A stretch of DNA of 64,000 nt, from assembly GCA_002633005.1 (NCBI GenBank), contig NMRA01000734.1, forward strand, positions 110,294 through 174,293, written 5' to 3'. Positions 24,861 to 37,850 of the stretch are shown piece after piece. Below the pieces are notes generated by a model, which had not been told where the DNA came from, made no database searches, and saw only the letters and a program-made list of their open reading frames with translations. A program made the position numbers and the translations under genes. How positions within the stretch are numbered: position 1 is the stretch's first letter; each line of letters opens with the position of its first letter. This stretch comes from Phoronis australis. Its lineage: Eukaryota > Animalia > Phoronida.

Positions 24861-25413
24861 TCCCTTAAGCTGAAAACTCAAATACGATGAATGATCGTTT
24901 CATTTAGTGCAAATTTTGAAATGAAAATAGATAATTCCACAACAATTAACAAAGCTTAACCTTCCTTTAATCACCGCGATATAAAGGTGAAACTTTAGTC
25001 ATAAGCATTATCAATAATTTAATCATAAGCTTTTTTCACTGCAAAGTCATCCGAGTCCGTCCAAAAAATTTGAAAAGCGGACTATTGAGGGACGAGCGGA
25101 AAGGAGCAATTTCTGGAGAGAAAGGCGTCGAATGTGACTTCAGTTCCGTACCAAGCCGGTTTGAGACATCCATGTTATTTCCATCGATTCAAACTTAAAC
25201 GTCAAATGGGTAGAAACTTTCAAGGTCGTTGTTAAAACGACGCACTTCAAAACTGCACGCTATGATACTATTCGAAGTACGACAATCCCGATTCCGTTTA
25301 CAGTACATCAATTTCAGTACGACCGTTATTCACTATAAGTTAAGGACGTATAACGTGGTCAGATTTTGAAACATCGACTCTCGACCCTCTTGAGAATCCT
25401 TCCAGTCAATCGG

Positions 25414-25892
25414 AGGCCAAGTACGACATAAGTCCGATTTATTGCTGTAATGATTTGCGATTTATTCCAGTTATAATTCTTAAACCAATCAGAAGCCATG
25501 AATAATTACTGTAATAAATATTCATTACTGTAATTAATATTTATTCCAGTAATGAACATTTATTACAGTAATTATTCCTGGCTTCTGGTTGCCTAAAGAA
25601 TTATTACTGGAATAAATCGGGGAAAAATTGCAGTAATAAATCGGACTTACTTCGCACTTGGCCTATAGTTAGCCAAGTGCGACTTAAGTCCGATGCATTT
25701 ATTACAGTAATTATTTCTGACATCTGATTGGTTGATTTATTCCAGTAATGAATACTTATTTTAGGAATAAATATTTATTTCAGTAATAAATATTTATAAC
25801 GGTAATTATTTATGGCATCTGATTGGCTAAAGAATTATTACTGGAATAAATTGCGAACTGTAATAAATAGGACTTATGTCGCACTTGGCCTA
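25414..25892. mobile_element. Two adjacent palindromic MITEs of one family
   Basis: Ends ggccaagt(a/g)cgac(a/t)taagtccga ... ggactta..tcgcacttggccta occur twice (about 25414-25665 and 25669-25892); internal ttattacagtaat-type repeats. Confidence 0.8.
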
Positions 25893-26304
25893 CGATACCC
25901 GTCCACGTCCGTCCAGATCCTGCTCTTACAGTTTTTTTTTTGGTAATAAGGTCCACAACAAATGCGCGCATGTGGCGAAATTCTCAGATTTCTGTGTCCT
26001 AGCCCCCCAACTCAAAAATCCTGGATTCGCCCCTGGGTACGGGAGATTGCGCATGACATTTAATGTAAGTTTGCACTCAGTTTTAGAACGTGGTGACAAA
26101 TTTAGAACGTATTAAAGAGTTCCCACCATGAATCTTCTTAGTTTTTGAGGTTTCAGTTCGCTAATATGAAACGAATTCCATGAAGTCTAACTAAATAGGC
26201 CTAAGCACTTTTTATGCCAAATAGTAGTGAATTTTTTAATTTTAAAGAAAAACTAGTTATTTCTAAGTTTCCCGCCAAATGATGCAATGGGTGGAAGACC
26301 ACCA

Positions 26305-26582
26305 CTCATATTCCCGAGGAAACACGGTTAACGGACCGCCAAACGGGTCACGGACAAAATGGAGATGTCAGCTGACCCAGGAAGCCGATGAGTCCGTGAC
26401 CCGTGTTTGGCGGTCCGTTAACCGTGTTTCCTCGTGAATATGAGTCCGTGTCCCGTGTATTTGGGTGCGTGGATCGTGTTTTGTGAGTCTGTTCCCGTGT
26501 TTGTGAGTCAGTGGACGGTGTTTGCAGGTCCGTAAGTCGTGTTCATGCGTCGTGTCCCGTGTTTATGAGTCCGTTGACCGTG
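26305..26582. repeat. Inverted repeat plus ccgtgttt minisatellite
   Basis: About 26305-26356 is the reverse complement of about 26392-26443; followed by degenerate gtccgt..ccgtgttt units. Confidence 0.75.
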
Positions 26583-26689
26583 TAGTTTAGGTACCTTGTC
26601 ATTGATGCCATCTATATCTTACTCGATTTTGCAAGGTTCACCAGTATCTTTCTGGCATAACTTTTGCAGGGGTACTGAGGATACAAACT

Positions 26690-27085
26690 AAAGGAAAATG
26701 CAACAATAAATCACATTCCAATACTTTAAAACCTTGAATGTACTCGTACAACGATGTCTCGGCAAGAACATAATAAATGGTGCTACAACCTCTCGTCGAA
26801 ACAAAAGTAAAATTGCCATCAGGATCAGATTTCGATCTACCATTATCAATGTGATACCATTACCCAGACACAAATCAATTAAATTTTCACCAAAATTATT
26901 AGTTTTGACATCTTGTTTTTTCCTTAGTTTGGCGAAGTAATCCTCTACATAGACACAGCTATCTTCTATAACAGGGACATATTTTCTGCTGTCATCAGCA
27001 ATGAAGTCATTGACAGTGCCAGCACGGGCATTGAAATCACCTGCAAGAATTAATCTGGCTTGGTTTAGTTTACCTGAAACATTAA
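26690..27085 (-). mobile_element. Degraded LINE APE-endonuclease fragment
   Basis: LILAGDFNARAG...QDVKTNNFGENLIDLC (GDFN motif and N..G..L.DLC of non-LTR retrotransposon endonucleases), then frameshifts. Confidence 0.75.
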
Positions 27086-28767
27086 ACACAAAACATATCA
27101 GCCTTATAACTAAAATTATTTTGAATGCTTTCCATTTAGGTCACATTGACAAAGACACCAAAAACTACCTCATTCCTAATGATGCTCAACCTAGTCGCTT
27201 TTATCTCCTTCCAAAAATCCACAAAGAAGGTAATCCTGGACGACCAATTATAGCCAGCAACAACTGCCCTACAGAAAAAAATTCTCAGTTTGCCGACTAC
27301 CATCTTCAGCAATTTGTCCCCACCCTTCCTTCATATGTTAAAGATACGAATCATTTTCTTAATAAAATGAAAAATATCAGTGATTTACCTAAAAATGCCC
27401 TTCTCGTAACTCTTGATGTTAAAAGCTTATACACTAATATTCCTCAACATGAAGGCATAGAAGCCTGTACCAAGTTTCTTAGTCAACGTAATAATCCTAA
27501 TGTACCTACATCTTTTATTCGCTCTCTTCTTGAACATGTACTTACCATGAATCATTTTACCTTTAATAATAATCACTATCTCCAAATATTAGGCACAGCC
27601 ATGGGAACTAGGGTTGCTCCTACCTTTGCTAACCTCTTTATGGGAAATCTTGAAAACAGCTTCATCAAATCCTGCTCTGAAAAACCCCTTCTCTGGCTAA
27701 GATACATTGATGACATTTTTATGATATGGACCCATGGTCCACAAAAATTAGATGTATTTTTAGAAAATATTAACAAATTTCACCCTACTATAAAGTTCAC
27801 TCATGACATTTCTCAAAATAAAGTCTCATTTTTAGATGTAACTGTCACTCTTAATAATGATAAACTAGAAACTGACTTATTCTGTAAAGAAACTGACAAA
27901 CACCAGTATCTGTCATATCACTCGTGTCATCCCTTTCATTGCAAGAAAAGCCTTCCATATAGCCTTGCCCTAAGAATTCGACGCATTTGTTCAGAAGAAA
28001 CTTCCTTTAATAACCGTTTAAAAGAACTCAAGTACTATCTAATTCAACGTCATTTCCCCTTACATCTTATACACAAACAGTTTGACAAAGTCCGCTCAAT
28101 TAATACACGAAATGAATCTTTAAGAACTAAAACTAAAGGCAATACTACCAATAGAATACCATTCATAACTATGTTCAATTCATGTTTAAACGGAATTAGC
28201 CACGTCTTTAAAAATCATCTTTCTACGCTGCATATTTCCCCTCAAATGAAAAACCTATTTCCTCATCCACCTATAATTTCTTGGAGAAAATGTAAAAATC
28301 TAAAAAATTATTTAGTTAAAGCTAATATCGACAATATACACCAAACTGACAAACCTATTAGCAACACACAATGTAACAAAACTAGGTGTAAAATGTGTAA
28401 TTTTATCTAGCCTTCACAAACCAATGAAAACTTTGAAATAAAACATTATTCTGATTGCACCACCAACACTATTATTTACCTTATAACTTGTAAGAAATAT
28501 TCTATCCAATACGTAGGACAAACTCAACATAATCTACAAACTCGGTTTCGTAATCATAGATTTAACATAATACATAAAAACATTTCTGATACTATACTAT
28601 TAGGTAATCATTTCAATTCCAAAAACCATGATATTCAAGATCTTTCTGTACAAATAATAGAAAAACTCCAACACCCCAATATCCCTCACAGAATCAAAAG
28701 AGAACAATATTGGATAGACAAACTTAATACAATAGAACCTCATGGATTGAACATAAAAACTTCTTAA
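27001..28767 (+). pseudogene. Penelope RT/GIY-YIG reading frame with one premature stop
   Basis: ORF 27001-28410 plus in-frame 28411-28767; the first ~28 codons are antisense LINE sequence. Confidence 0.85.
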
Positions 28768-28940
28768 AATATGTCATTAAATTTTTTACGCAAAAATGTA
28801 TCATATTCATTACACCATATCTTATATGTCAATTGTCATTTTGTGTTTGATTTTACTTTATTTCTGTTTTTGTTGACAAAGGAAGTTATTACATCCGAAA
28901 ATTTCAAATTTCAGTTGATCCATTCTTGTTGTTTTATTTA
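27085..28940 (+). mobile_element. Penelope-like retroelement (Neptune-type), 5'-truncated, RT + GIY-YIG
   Basis: RT motifs FYLLPKIHK, GRPII, LDVKSLYTNIP, GTAMG, WLRYIDDIF, FLDV; Cys linker CNKTRCKMC. After an in-frame TAG (28408-28410) the same frame continues IIYLITCKKYSIQYVGQT...RFRNH...REQYWIDKLNTIEPHGLN to TAA 28765-28767. Confidence 0.93.
28870..28908 (+). ncRNA. Degenerate hammerhead ribozyme motif in Penelope 3' region
   Basis: TTGACAA-AGGA...TCC-GAAA-AT-TTC: U3-A8 core variant with stem II; stem I weak. Confidence 0.45.
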
Positions 28941-29265
28941 CCGATTTATATTCTTCATTTCATGAAACAATAGTATCCTTGGGAGGATCTGGATCGCCTT
29001 ATTTAGTTTCAGATATATTTTCTACGTTAAGAAACGGGAAATTTTTGCAAACACTGTATACTAAAAAGCATTGACAATTTTGAGTTTAAACAAATATTGC
29101 AAGCATGTTCTTTTCCCGTCTTGTTAGTTTGTGAATCTTATGACTTAGAGAGAGAGGTTATTCTTTAGACGAGTTGTTTCATGTTTTAAAAATACAAAAG
29201 AATGATAAAAGCCCTGTCTCAGACGGGTTTTCAGCCGAGCTCGTTCTGTAATGATTTAAAACACT

Positions 29266-31190
29266 AGTAGTATAGTAAGAGGTTTAGGAGTCTTATTTGG
29301 GACGGCATCGGGTCAAAGGTCATCCATACGAAAGGAGAAGGTCAAAGGTCACGTGGGATAACTGCAATCGTAAGGGACACCATCCGCCTACCGGATGTGT
29401 CAATGACGTCACACCTCATGACGTAATAGGTTTAATGAGTCCCGTTAGAGAAGCACCTCGATGCACGTTTTTGCGGCTCCTCGCAACGGATATCGAGAGC
29501 CGAAACAAAAGAGGGATGACGCTGCTGAATAAGAACAAAACTTATTTCGTGTCCCGAAATTAAGTGAGTGTCGTCGTTGTATATTGTTTGTTCTCCCTCT
29601 CATTGATCAAAAACACAGGTGTATATATACAAAATGGGATAATCACCCAACTCTACAACAGATGTCGCGTAAAGTCTAACCCAGAACCCGACGGTACTAA
29701 GCGAATCCTATGAATAATAAGAGGCGACCAGCTAAAACAGAACATAAAACTGATAGTGTTTAAACGTGTATTCATGACAAAGAACGAATACACTACAAAA
29801 TCATCATTCGAATATTGTACAGAAATCATCAAGACGTTCAGAATCCGTTAAAGGAGTCTATAGCAAATTATTAAATGTCCGAATAAATGTTCAAAGGTCC
29901 AGTGGTGACGCCGTCGTCGAACACTCGTCATTTGGGATAAAAGTAGGTGAACGCGCACCTCTCTTGTATAGAAAAGAATCTTTTCATGTTTAAGCGAGTA
30001 TTACTAACAGCATGGAAAACTGAATAAAGACGGGTGAATGCGAAGGATGACGTGAAGTTTTCGTTTCACAAAACAAACCAACGTCTGAGCTTTGAAAAAT
30101 CTTACATAATCATCGTCTGGGCTGACACAAACCCTAGGGTTCATTAAGTACATTTTGAACCCGTCTGCGAATTTTGCACTTCAATAGTGTGCTGGATGCT
30201 TAAAAAAAAAATTCACCAAACATGCCTTTCTTGTTACTAGGTCTATTACGTGCGTTTCGAACCAAGAACTGGGCACACGCGCGTCGCAAATAAATGATCG
30301 TCCATAAACAATTAATATGTTGAATACTTTCATAAATTTCGCCAAACAAGTTTCTTGATACTTGTTACGTGTATTTCGAACCGAACAACAAGGCACACAC
30401 GCGTCGCAAATAAATGATTGTCCATGTACTATTAGGTGCTACGCAACGTGTATAGAAACACCTCGAAACGTCGCCATGAGTAAACTGATGGAAAACACCA
30501 GAAAAATTAGAGATTATATCATCGATCAAGGCTTTGATTGCAAAGAGATTTGGGAATGCGAATTTGAGGATTTGAAACGGCAAAACGATATCCTAAGTTC
30601 TTTTCTCAGAAGACGAGAGATGTCCACGGAACGTTGCTACTGCTTGACGAGCGAACAAATAAAACCATTCGTTCTAGACGGCACTCTGTTCGGGGTTGTG
30701 GAGTGTGACATCGAAGTCCCGAGCCATCTGAGAGAGCACTTTTCAGAAATACAGCCTATATCCAAGAATGTAGAAATCACCAGAGACGACCTAGGAGACT
30801 TTATGCGGGAGTATGCCGAGAAAAAGAAAATCATGAGCCGACCACGACGATCTCTGGTAGGAAGTTTCTTCGGTAAATTCTGTTGGCGACCCCGCTTCTG
30901 AAATGGTACCTGGAACACGGTCTGGAGATAACAAACGTCTATCAAGTGGTCGAATTTGCTCCCGTAAAATGCTTCGAGCATTTTGGAGAAGAAGTCAGCG
31001 ACGCTAGGCAGGAAGGGGACAAAGACAAAAACAAAGCGATCGTAGTGCAAACTAGGGAACAACACGTATGGTAAGACGGTAACGAATCAAGAAAGACATC
31101 GTGACGTGAAATATTGCGGAGAGGCTAAGGCTCAACGGAAAGTCCAATTCCCGGAATTTAGACACGTCAACTACATCGGGGACGCTTACT
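29266..31190 (+). mobile_element. Polinton/Maverick remnant (terminus + protein-primed DNA polymerase B fragments)
   Basis: Begins AGTAGTATAG with repeated ggtcaaaggtca. Frameshifted pPolB pieces: EIWECEF, LFGVVECDIEVP, TPLLKWYLEHGLEIT.VYQVVEF, KLGNNTYGKT (motif B-like) at ~30460-31190. Confidence 0.8.
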
Positions 31191-31565
31191 CTCACTCACG
31201 CAAACGCATACAAACTTCAAAACAAACGTCACGTGACAACAACGTGTGTTCCTCCAGAGATTTTTCTCGTGTTGCGGGCTACAATCTAACGCAGATTTGG
31301 ACTTAATCTGCAGTTAATCCAGGCTCCACAAGAACTTAAAAATCTTAGAGACGCTATTTGAAAAACTTTAGGAGGATTTTAGGTAATTTGTTGAGTCGAA
31401 ACTGCATTCTTAATCAAGAATTCAAGCTCTATCGACGAATTGCGAGACCGGCAGCAACGCATTTGTCGGCGAGATTTCCCCCTGGGATTTCAGCACAATT
31501 TTCTGAAAATTGATCGTAATTTAACAACGAATTTTGACAACAATGCACCACAATTTTGTCGAAAG
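31189..31565. repeat. Interspersed repeat family B, copy 1
   Basis: Colinear with 61715-62070 (acttcaaaacaaacgtcacgtgacaacaac...caatgcaccacaattttgt); truncates the Polinton remnant. Confidence 0.8.
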
Positions 31566-32841
31566 TAAATAATAATATTCTGCACTTTATCTTAGCACGT
31601 TAATGCATAATGTGCGTTAAGTGCGGAGTCGACCCAGAATAGGGGATTGTGCAGAGGCATTATCCTCAAAATTGCTCAGGTTGGCTTGGTAGTGGTCAAG
31701 CGAAAACAAGTTTTTTTTCACTACCCTCCGTCGTGGAATATTTGTTAAGTTTTTTTTTCAACGGAAATATTGTTGGGCAGTTTCCAAGATACGTTTTCTT
31801 GCCGCCCTCAAAATGAGCGCTGCATACTTTATGCTACGAAGTCGCCAAGAATTCACTAAGTCGGCCTTTGCTACCAGCTCTACCGATGTTTCTGACCCAT
31901 TTTTAGGGCAGTTCTTGATCCTTGGGAAACAGGTAGTTACTAAATTCTTTATCTCGCTAACTGGTATTATAGCAGCCAGAGTATCAAGCCGCACCTAATT
32001 ATTCTGCTAGGCACACGTGCAGCTCGGGAATTAATGATTCGCTGAAGAGGGGCCAACTGTGGTGATAATTTGGGTTCTCTAGACCATGTTTTGAATGGGC
32101 ATTCACTTTTGTTGCGTAAAATTAGTATCCATTCATTGTTGAGTGCGTGTATTCATATGCCTTTAATCCTAATAAAGCTCTGCACGATAGAACCCATGTG
32201 CGCGTATAACGTCACAATCATGCCTGCTAGATATCTAACAAATTTTATATGTTCGTTAACACTACTGACTGTGACAGCGTTAGATATCAGAATTGAACAC
32301 CATTCTACGCTATTAAATATTATCCGCTTTAAAGAAAAAAACACTTTGTTGTTCGAAAATCACACATCATCCATCTTTTTAGAATTGCGGCTTCTGTTAG
32401 TAGTTAATTTCTCAATGTTTTTGCTGATTACTACATATTATGTTCAAAAAGACAAATAGAAGTGTACCTTTATATGCGACAAAACTGTAATACCTAGCGG
32501 AAATACCAAGGCGATCATAAACGTTTGGTTCGGCAATATGCACTGAATTTCATTTCAAAAACGTCTTTGGGAATTCCGTGTACTGTGTTAAATAAATTCG
32601 GATTTGTTACAATGAAAATTGAAAAATATGAAAAGCACTGTCATCTGTCGTTACAGTGACGCTAAGGTGACCTTAAAATGCTTCGTGCTGGTTATTTGCG
32701 ACAATCGTGTAATTCTAATAAAGGACGCTTTACGTTAACCTCCAACACTACTTGACCGAGTTAGATATCTACATGAAATTGCAACCTAATATCGAGTATA
32801 AATTTTCTACTGACGCAACCGTCTGCTCGCAGTGTTCCTCA

Positions 32842-33070
32842 GCCAGGTTGCAAAAATAGTCCCAAATAGGGACTTACCCAAGTTCCCTATTGCGTATTTT
32901 GGACTTGCCAAAACGCAGACTGTCCTTTCTTACACTGTTTCAGTTTCATTACTAAGTCAAAGTTTGGTTTTGATAGAAATCCAGAGTGAATTCTACTTTA
33001 AATTCTCAATAGTATCGAAAATAAATAGGGATCTTTTCATGCAACGCCCCTAATTGAAGGACTAAGTTCC
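32842..33070. mobile_element. MITE family A, partial copy 4
   Basis: gtcccaaatagggact start and internal blocks shared with other copies. Confidence 0.75.
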
Positions 33071-33086
33071 GGTGAACCCAGGAGAT

Positions 33087-33770
33087 TTTTTATACGCCCA
33101 CATATTTATATGTGGGCGTATTATGCCATCATCCCTGTCCATCCGTCCGGCGTCCTTCCGGCTTCCGCTGCTCTATCTCCAGTTCATGTACACGTGTATT
33201 CCTTTCACGAATGGGATGGCATGGCGACATGAGCGAACTTTCGGACGGATCCGACTATTGGTGTGCCTCCTAGTGATAGTTTCATTTTTTACGTTCACCT
33301 CATTATGTTCAATGGTCCTCAACGGATTTTCATAAAATTTGACTGATAGGCATAATGAGGTGATCCTATGTCGCTCTTTTCGGATAGATTCGAGGAATTT
33401 TGCGCAATCTAGTGGCCATTTTTAATGTTTTCCGCGTCCCTTCCTCTGTCAACCAAACCATTCTAAGGATTATTATGAAAATAATTGGCATACATGTTCG
33501 TACTGTGAAGAAGATGACTGACAAAGATTTTCCGACGAATTCGACTGCTGTGTCGTCTCCAGGTGTCAGTTTTTTTGCACCCATGGCCGGCTGTATCTCC
33601 TAAACCCTCTACAGGATCTCTATTAAATTTAGCAAATGTACTTAAATGAAGTTGAAAACGGACGACAACGACTTCTGGATCAGACGAACGCTGTTCCCTT
33701 CCAGTGGCAATTTCATTTATTCCATTTTCTAACTTAAAACGACATAGCGCTATTTCTATATTGCCGGGTG
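33087..33770 (+). mobile_element. Non-autonomous Helentron/DINE-like element
   Basis: T-run start tttttatacgccc, sub-terminal palindrome tacgcccacata/tatgtgggcgta, followed by gtcc/tccg microsatellite-like tract. Confidence 0.55.
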
Positions 33771-35605
33771 TCGAAGTTTCTGTCAAATTTCAATGTCATT
33801 GATTGATTCATTGTTTTAAATACGTAGACGCTGAGGTTGGCCAGTAGAGAAATATATCAAATAAACACATTGTTCTAACTTATGTATTTCACAAAATGAA
33901 AATTTCTTTCAATGTATTATGAAATAAAACTTAAATAGCTGTTCGACACTATGACGTAGTTGTCGCTTAACCGGTGCAGGTACACTTAGCTTAAACACAC
34001 GCACGCACGCACACACACACACGCATGCACATAGGTGACATCATATTAGAACAGGCCAAAGAACATGACAACAGGAAATCGCCGCAAAGCAAATAAGTTC
34101 GTTTACATGCAATAAATGTCATCCCACATACATGGGATGACTGTGATGTCTCGCTGGGACATCCCCAGATGAACTGAATTCCCGGAAGTAATATTCTTAT
34201 GTATGTGGGTTTACCTATGTGTATATACACTCACAAGAATACACACTTAGGTACGCAAATAAGTGCACGGGTGAGTTCGAATGTTAGGGGAACAAACTTG
34301 ATAGTAGGACGTACACTTTTCATTATTAGTGCAGATCAAACGCTCAGAAGTCAAGCGTGACGTCTTTCCGTAAAATAATGTCTTTTTGGAAAACTCCTAA
34401 CATGTAGTTCGATATGTTGTCGAAAGTGGCGCTTAGACTGGAGTTGAAAAGATATCAGAGGCCAAAATATTACCTGCATTCAGCTAGGGCCACGGGTCGC
34501 TGCTTATACAGAATGACCAGTGTAATTGTACCGTTAGTTTGCCTAGAAATTTCTCGTTGTCTAAAACCGTGCCTTAAAGTCCTTGTTGCAAACTGCCCAT
34601 GTGGTTCTAGTATCCGAAAATACTTACTACATAAAATCTTATTTTCGACACCCTTTCTTTACATTCTTTTCGCCTTTCTTGCCAAAAGCGATTTTTCAAC
34701 CGTATTTGACCCTTTTCTCTGAGTGTATGATTACCGGTTGTCATCGGTTATTTCCGTACCCACATTTCCGGCTCATCAGTTCAGGAACTTGTCCTGAACG
34801 CCGCCATTTTTTCCTTGTAACTGAATGTGCTATGGCTTGCTCGAAAAGTCTTCATTATATTGTTTTATTAGTAATATATCGTGATTCGTTTGCATATGCA
34901 GTGTATTTATAGTTTGTAGTTTGTGGTCGTTGATTTTTTTTTGGAATGTTACGCGTACTTAGTATGTTAAAATAGCATTGGTGTTTAGTTCCTTACGTAG
35001 GCCGGTCGAACCTAGGAACCAATATGGGTCGAACCTATTTTTTTCAGTTTTATTTTTTTCCTCGTTTTGAAAAAGTACTTTGCTATCATCGGAAAGGAAG
35101 TACATTCTACTCAGTAAAAATCGAAAAAGTATCAAAATCGGGGCAAGCACTGTAAAGTTATTGCAAGTTTTGTGGCGAAATTTGGGTCACTTTGTTTGGA
35201 CCGCGTCGGCCATATTGGAGGACAGCGGGATGAGTTACGAGTTTAAAACTTTGTGTAAATTGTTTTCGCCAACAAATTACGGTGAAATTTAGTTAGACAT
35301 ATCTTTACTTACTATTCTGCACGATTTAGCAGTGTTCACCAAATTTCAGCCTCGCAGTTGTTACTCATTAAGTGATAAATGTGCTCACAATTCCCGTTGG
35401 ACTTCGTCTCATTTCTGGCGGCACCTACAATGTCGACTTTTGCTGAACTGAAAGGCATGTTCAATCGGCTACTTTGTAATTTGTGAAGATTTAACGTTGA
35501 TACATTTTGACAAACGTTGCTACAAAAAAGAAACTTTGTTCAATTTTCGTGTTTTTTGTGTTTGTGGCCAGCGACCAGTTAGGCCTAAGGGTAGTCTTGG
35601 CGCAA

Positions 35606-35764
35606 AGCTGGCGTGCGTTCAGTAGACGCTAGGACCTACGCTAGGACCTTGCAAAATCCTAGTCAAAGTCACATGTTCTCATTTAAAATACACGGCAATA
35701 TCTCACGTAATCTCGCGAAGTCTTGCTTCTTAGCGAGGTCCTAGCGCTACTGAACGGGAGGCTG
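35606..35764. mobile_element. MITE family C, copy 1
   Basis: gttcagtagacgctaggacct / aggtcctagcgctactgaac; inverted copy at 60416-60531. Confidence 0.7.
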
Positions 35765-36226
35765 TATAGGCCTACTAACAAGCTGTATTTTGACTATAGT
35801 CTTCACTGGTAGCTGGTGACTGAGGCTAACTAAGGTCTGCCGCGGCAGTGTGACACAGGACTAACCAGCCCGTAATTTCATGCAAGTGTCTGAAACTACC
35901 CTTGAATATATGCAGCATTTATCATTTGACCATTTTACTTCGACAAAACAGCTTGCAACCGCATGCATTTACCGTTCGCCAGTGTCTGGTCTCGATCCGC
36001 ACCGGGTCCGATAGGCTGCGGTCCCGAGTCTGGCAAAATAATTTCTGTCAAAATTTATTCGCCACATTTCTTCAGCAAATTCGATAAAATTGTCTGCAAT
36101 TTGATTTTATTAAAATTAAGGCGCGCTGTCGATTATTTTATCCTCGTTTGCTGGCTGGTAACAGTACAGGCACTGCTCGAGTCGCACTGACGGCGTTTTC
36201 TCGGCCTGGGTTCCTGAATGAATTGT

Positions 36227-36285
36227 ACTTCCGGGTTCGCGGCAAGTTCAAAATGGCGGTGTTTCTTCGGGTGCGAATTGTGAGT
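36227..36285 (+). promoter_or_regulatory. Putative promoter/first exon (ETS + YY1 motifs + splice donor)
   Basis: ACTTCCGG 36227-36234, AAAATGGCGG 36250-36259, GTGAGT 36280-36285 in CpG-rich context. Confidence 0.5.
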
Positions 36286-36759
36286 GGCGCGTTCATTTAA
36301 ACTGTTTTCGAGTACGGATCGTGTATTAGTTATGGGGTAGGTACTTCTTGGATCCTTATAACATCTTCTAACCATGGGTTAACAACGCGTGAGACAAGGA
36401 CTTTAAGAGTCTCTGTTGATGACTTCATTACGAACAAAAATTACGAAATGAAAATGAAGTAATGTATAGCCCTGATTTGATAACTTCAACACTCGATCAA
36501 CAATCTGTGGAGCAGACAACCAGAAATTCACAGTGCAAACTTTCGCAGTAGTCTCCTGCACAGACCCTCGAGATTGGTTGGGGTCTGCTATAGGGCACTT
36601 TTTGATGCATCTTCTTGGAATATTATTGGCTGTTCCGATTTCAAGAAAAAAAGGCATTCTATTGGTGACTTGTATTATAGGTCAAACTAATTCATCAACA
36701 TGGCGACTTCCAGTGAAGGAAGGTCTGATTGCCACAGATAAATCAAATCGGAATCCAGA

Positions 36760-37452
36760 GTTTCAGGTCATTTAGTGCAAAAATGGGGTTATTAGGTGCA
36801 TTTTTCTTCTGAAAATTTGACCTTTTCAATCAGCAAGTATTCTGATGTGTCAATCGTTAGACAAATGTGATTCTCAGCATTAAACACATTTTCCATGGGC
36901 TTTGCAATAATTCTCCTAAAGATGCTTAAAATGCACCGGATAAGGTCACTTAGTGCAAAGGTCATGTAACGTTCAAAATGGTATATGTCTTACGTTTTTC
37001 AAGGAATTCATTTCTTTTCAATTGCAGCACACTGGTGTAAGTCAACATGCAATTGAATACCCTACTTTACTTCGCAATAGGCCTAAGCAATCAGAAAAAA
37101 TAGGTCAAAGGTCATTGAGTGCAAACTAAAATTTTGAGCTAGAGACTTCAACATTACATATCTGTTCACTAAGTGCGATTGAGTTTTATTCTAAATTTTC
37201 AGGTCATTTGGTGTACCCATGGGGTCATTGGGTGCATTTGTCTTCTGAAAGTTTGACCAATTCATTCATCTTGTATTCTGAAGTGCTTAAAGTAAAACAT
37301 CTGTGATTTTTAGCATTAACCACACTTTTAATCGAGTTAACAATTACTCCCTCATCGGGGCTCATAATGCACCGGAAGAGGCCAATTAGTGGAAAGGTCA
37401 TCTGAAAATTAATATGTTATTTCTGCTACAATTTTCAAGAATTCCTTTTCAT
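36760..37452. repeat. Diverged tandem duplication, ~435-bp period
   Basis: tttcaggtcattt.gtg...ggggt.att.ggtgcattt.tcttctgaaa.tttgacc at ~36761 and ~37197; aatgcaccgga repeated at matching offsets. Confidence 0.7.
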
Positions 37453-37689
37453 ATTGGTAAACGGGTTGCTGTCAGTAACTTCCCATAATAATTCCAGTAA
37501 TACGCACGCGCAGAGTCCGTTATTGTCACGCCGTGACAATAATCTTTCTAGATATATTTATGCTACACTCACAGATCTCGGCTGATAGTAAGACATGACG
37601 TCATTAGCGAGCGAAACGACAAAACCTTTTTTAAACATCTCTTTTAACTAAGTTGGAGTTTTGCGTTTTCTCATTGTGTTCATTTTTGA

Positions 37690-37850
37690 CTTCTCGCGAA
37701 CGTAAGTTCGTTTGCGTTCGGGAAAAAAACCAATATTTTTTTCTCGCGAGCGTGACTTCGTTCGCGGGAAGACAGTACTTCTTCTCTCACGAACGTGAGT
37801 TCGTTCGCGAGAACAACGTCTGTCCTCGCGCGAACGTAAGTTCGTTGGCG
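37690..37850. repeat. ctcgcgaacgt(a/g)agttcgtt satellite-like repeat
   Basis: About four degenerate units. Confidence 0.7.

Noticed and set aside
28408-28410. Programmed readthrough between RT and GIY-YIG
   Set aside because: Penelope ORFs are normally continuous and the linker also appears deleted; simple decay is more likely.
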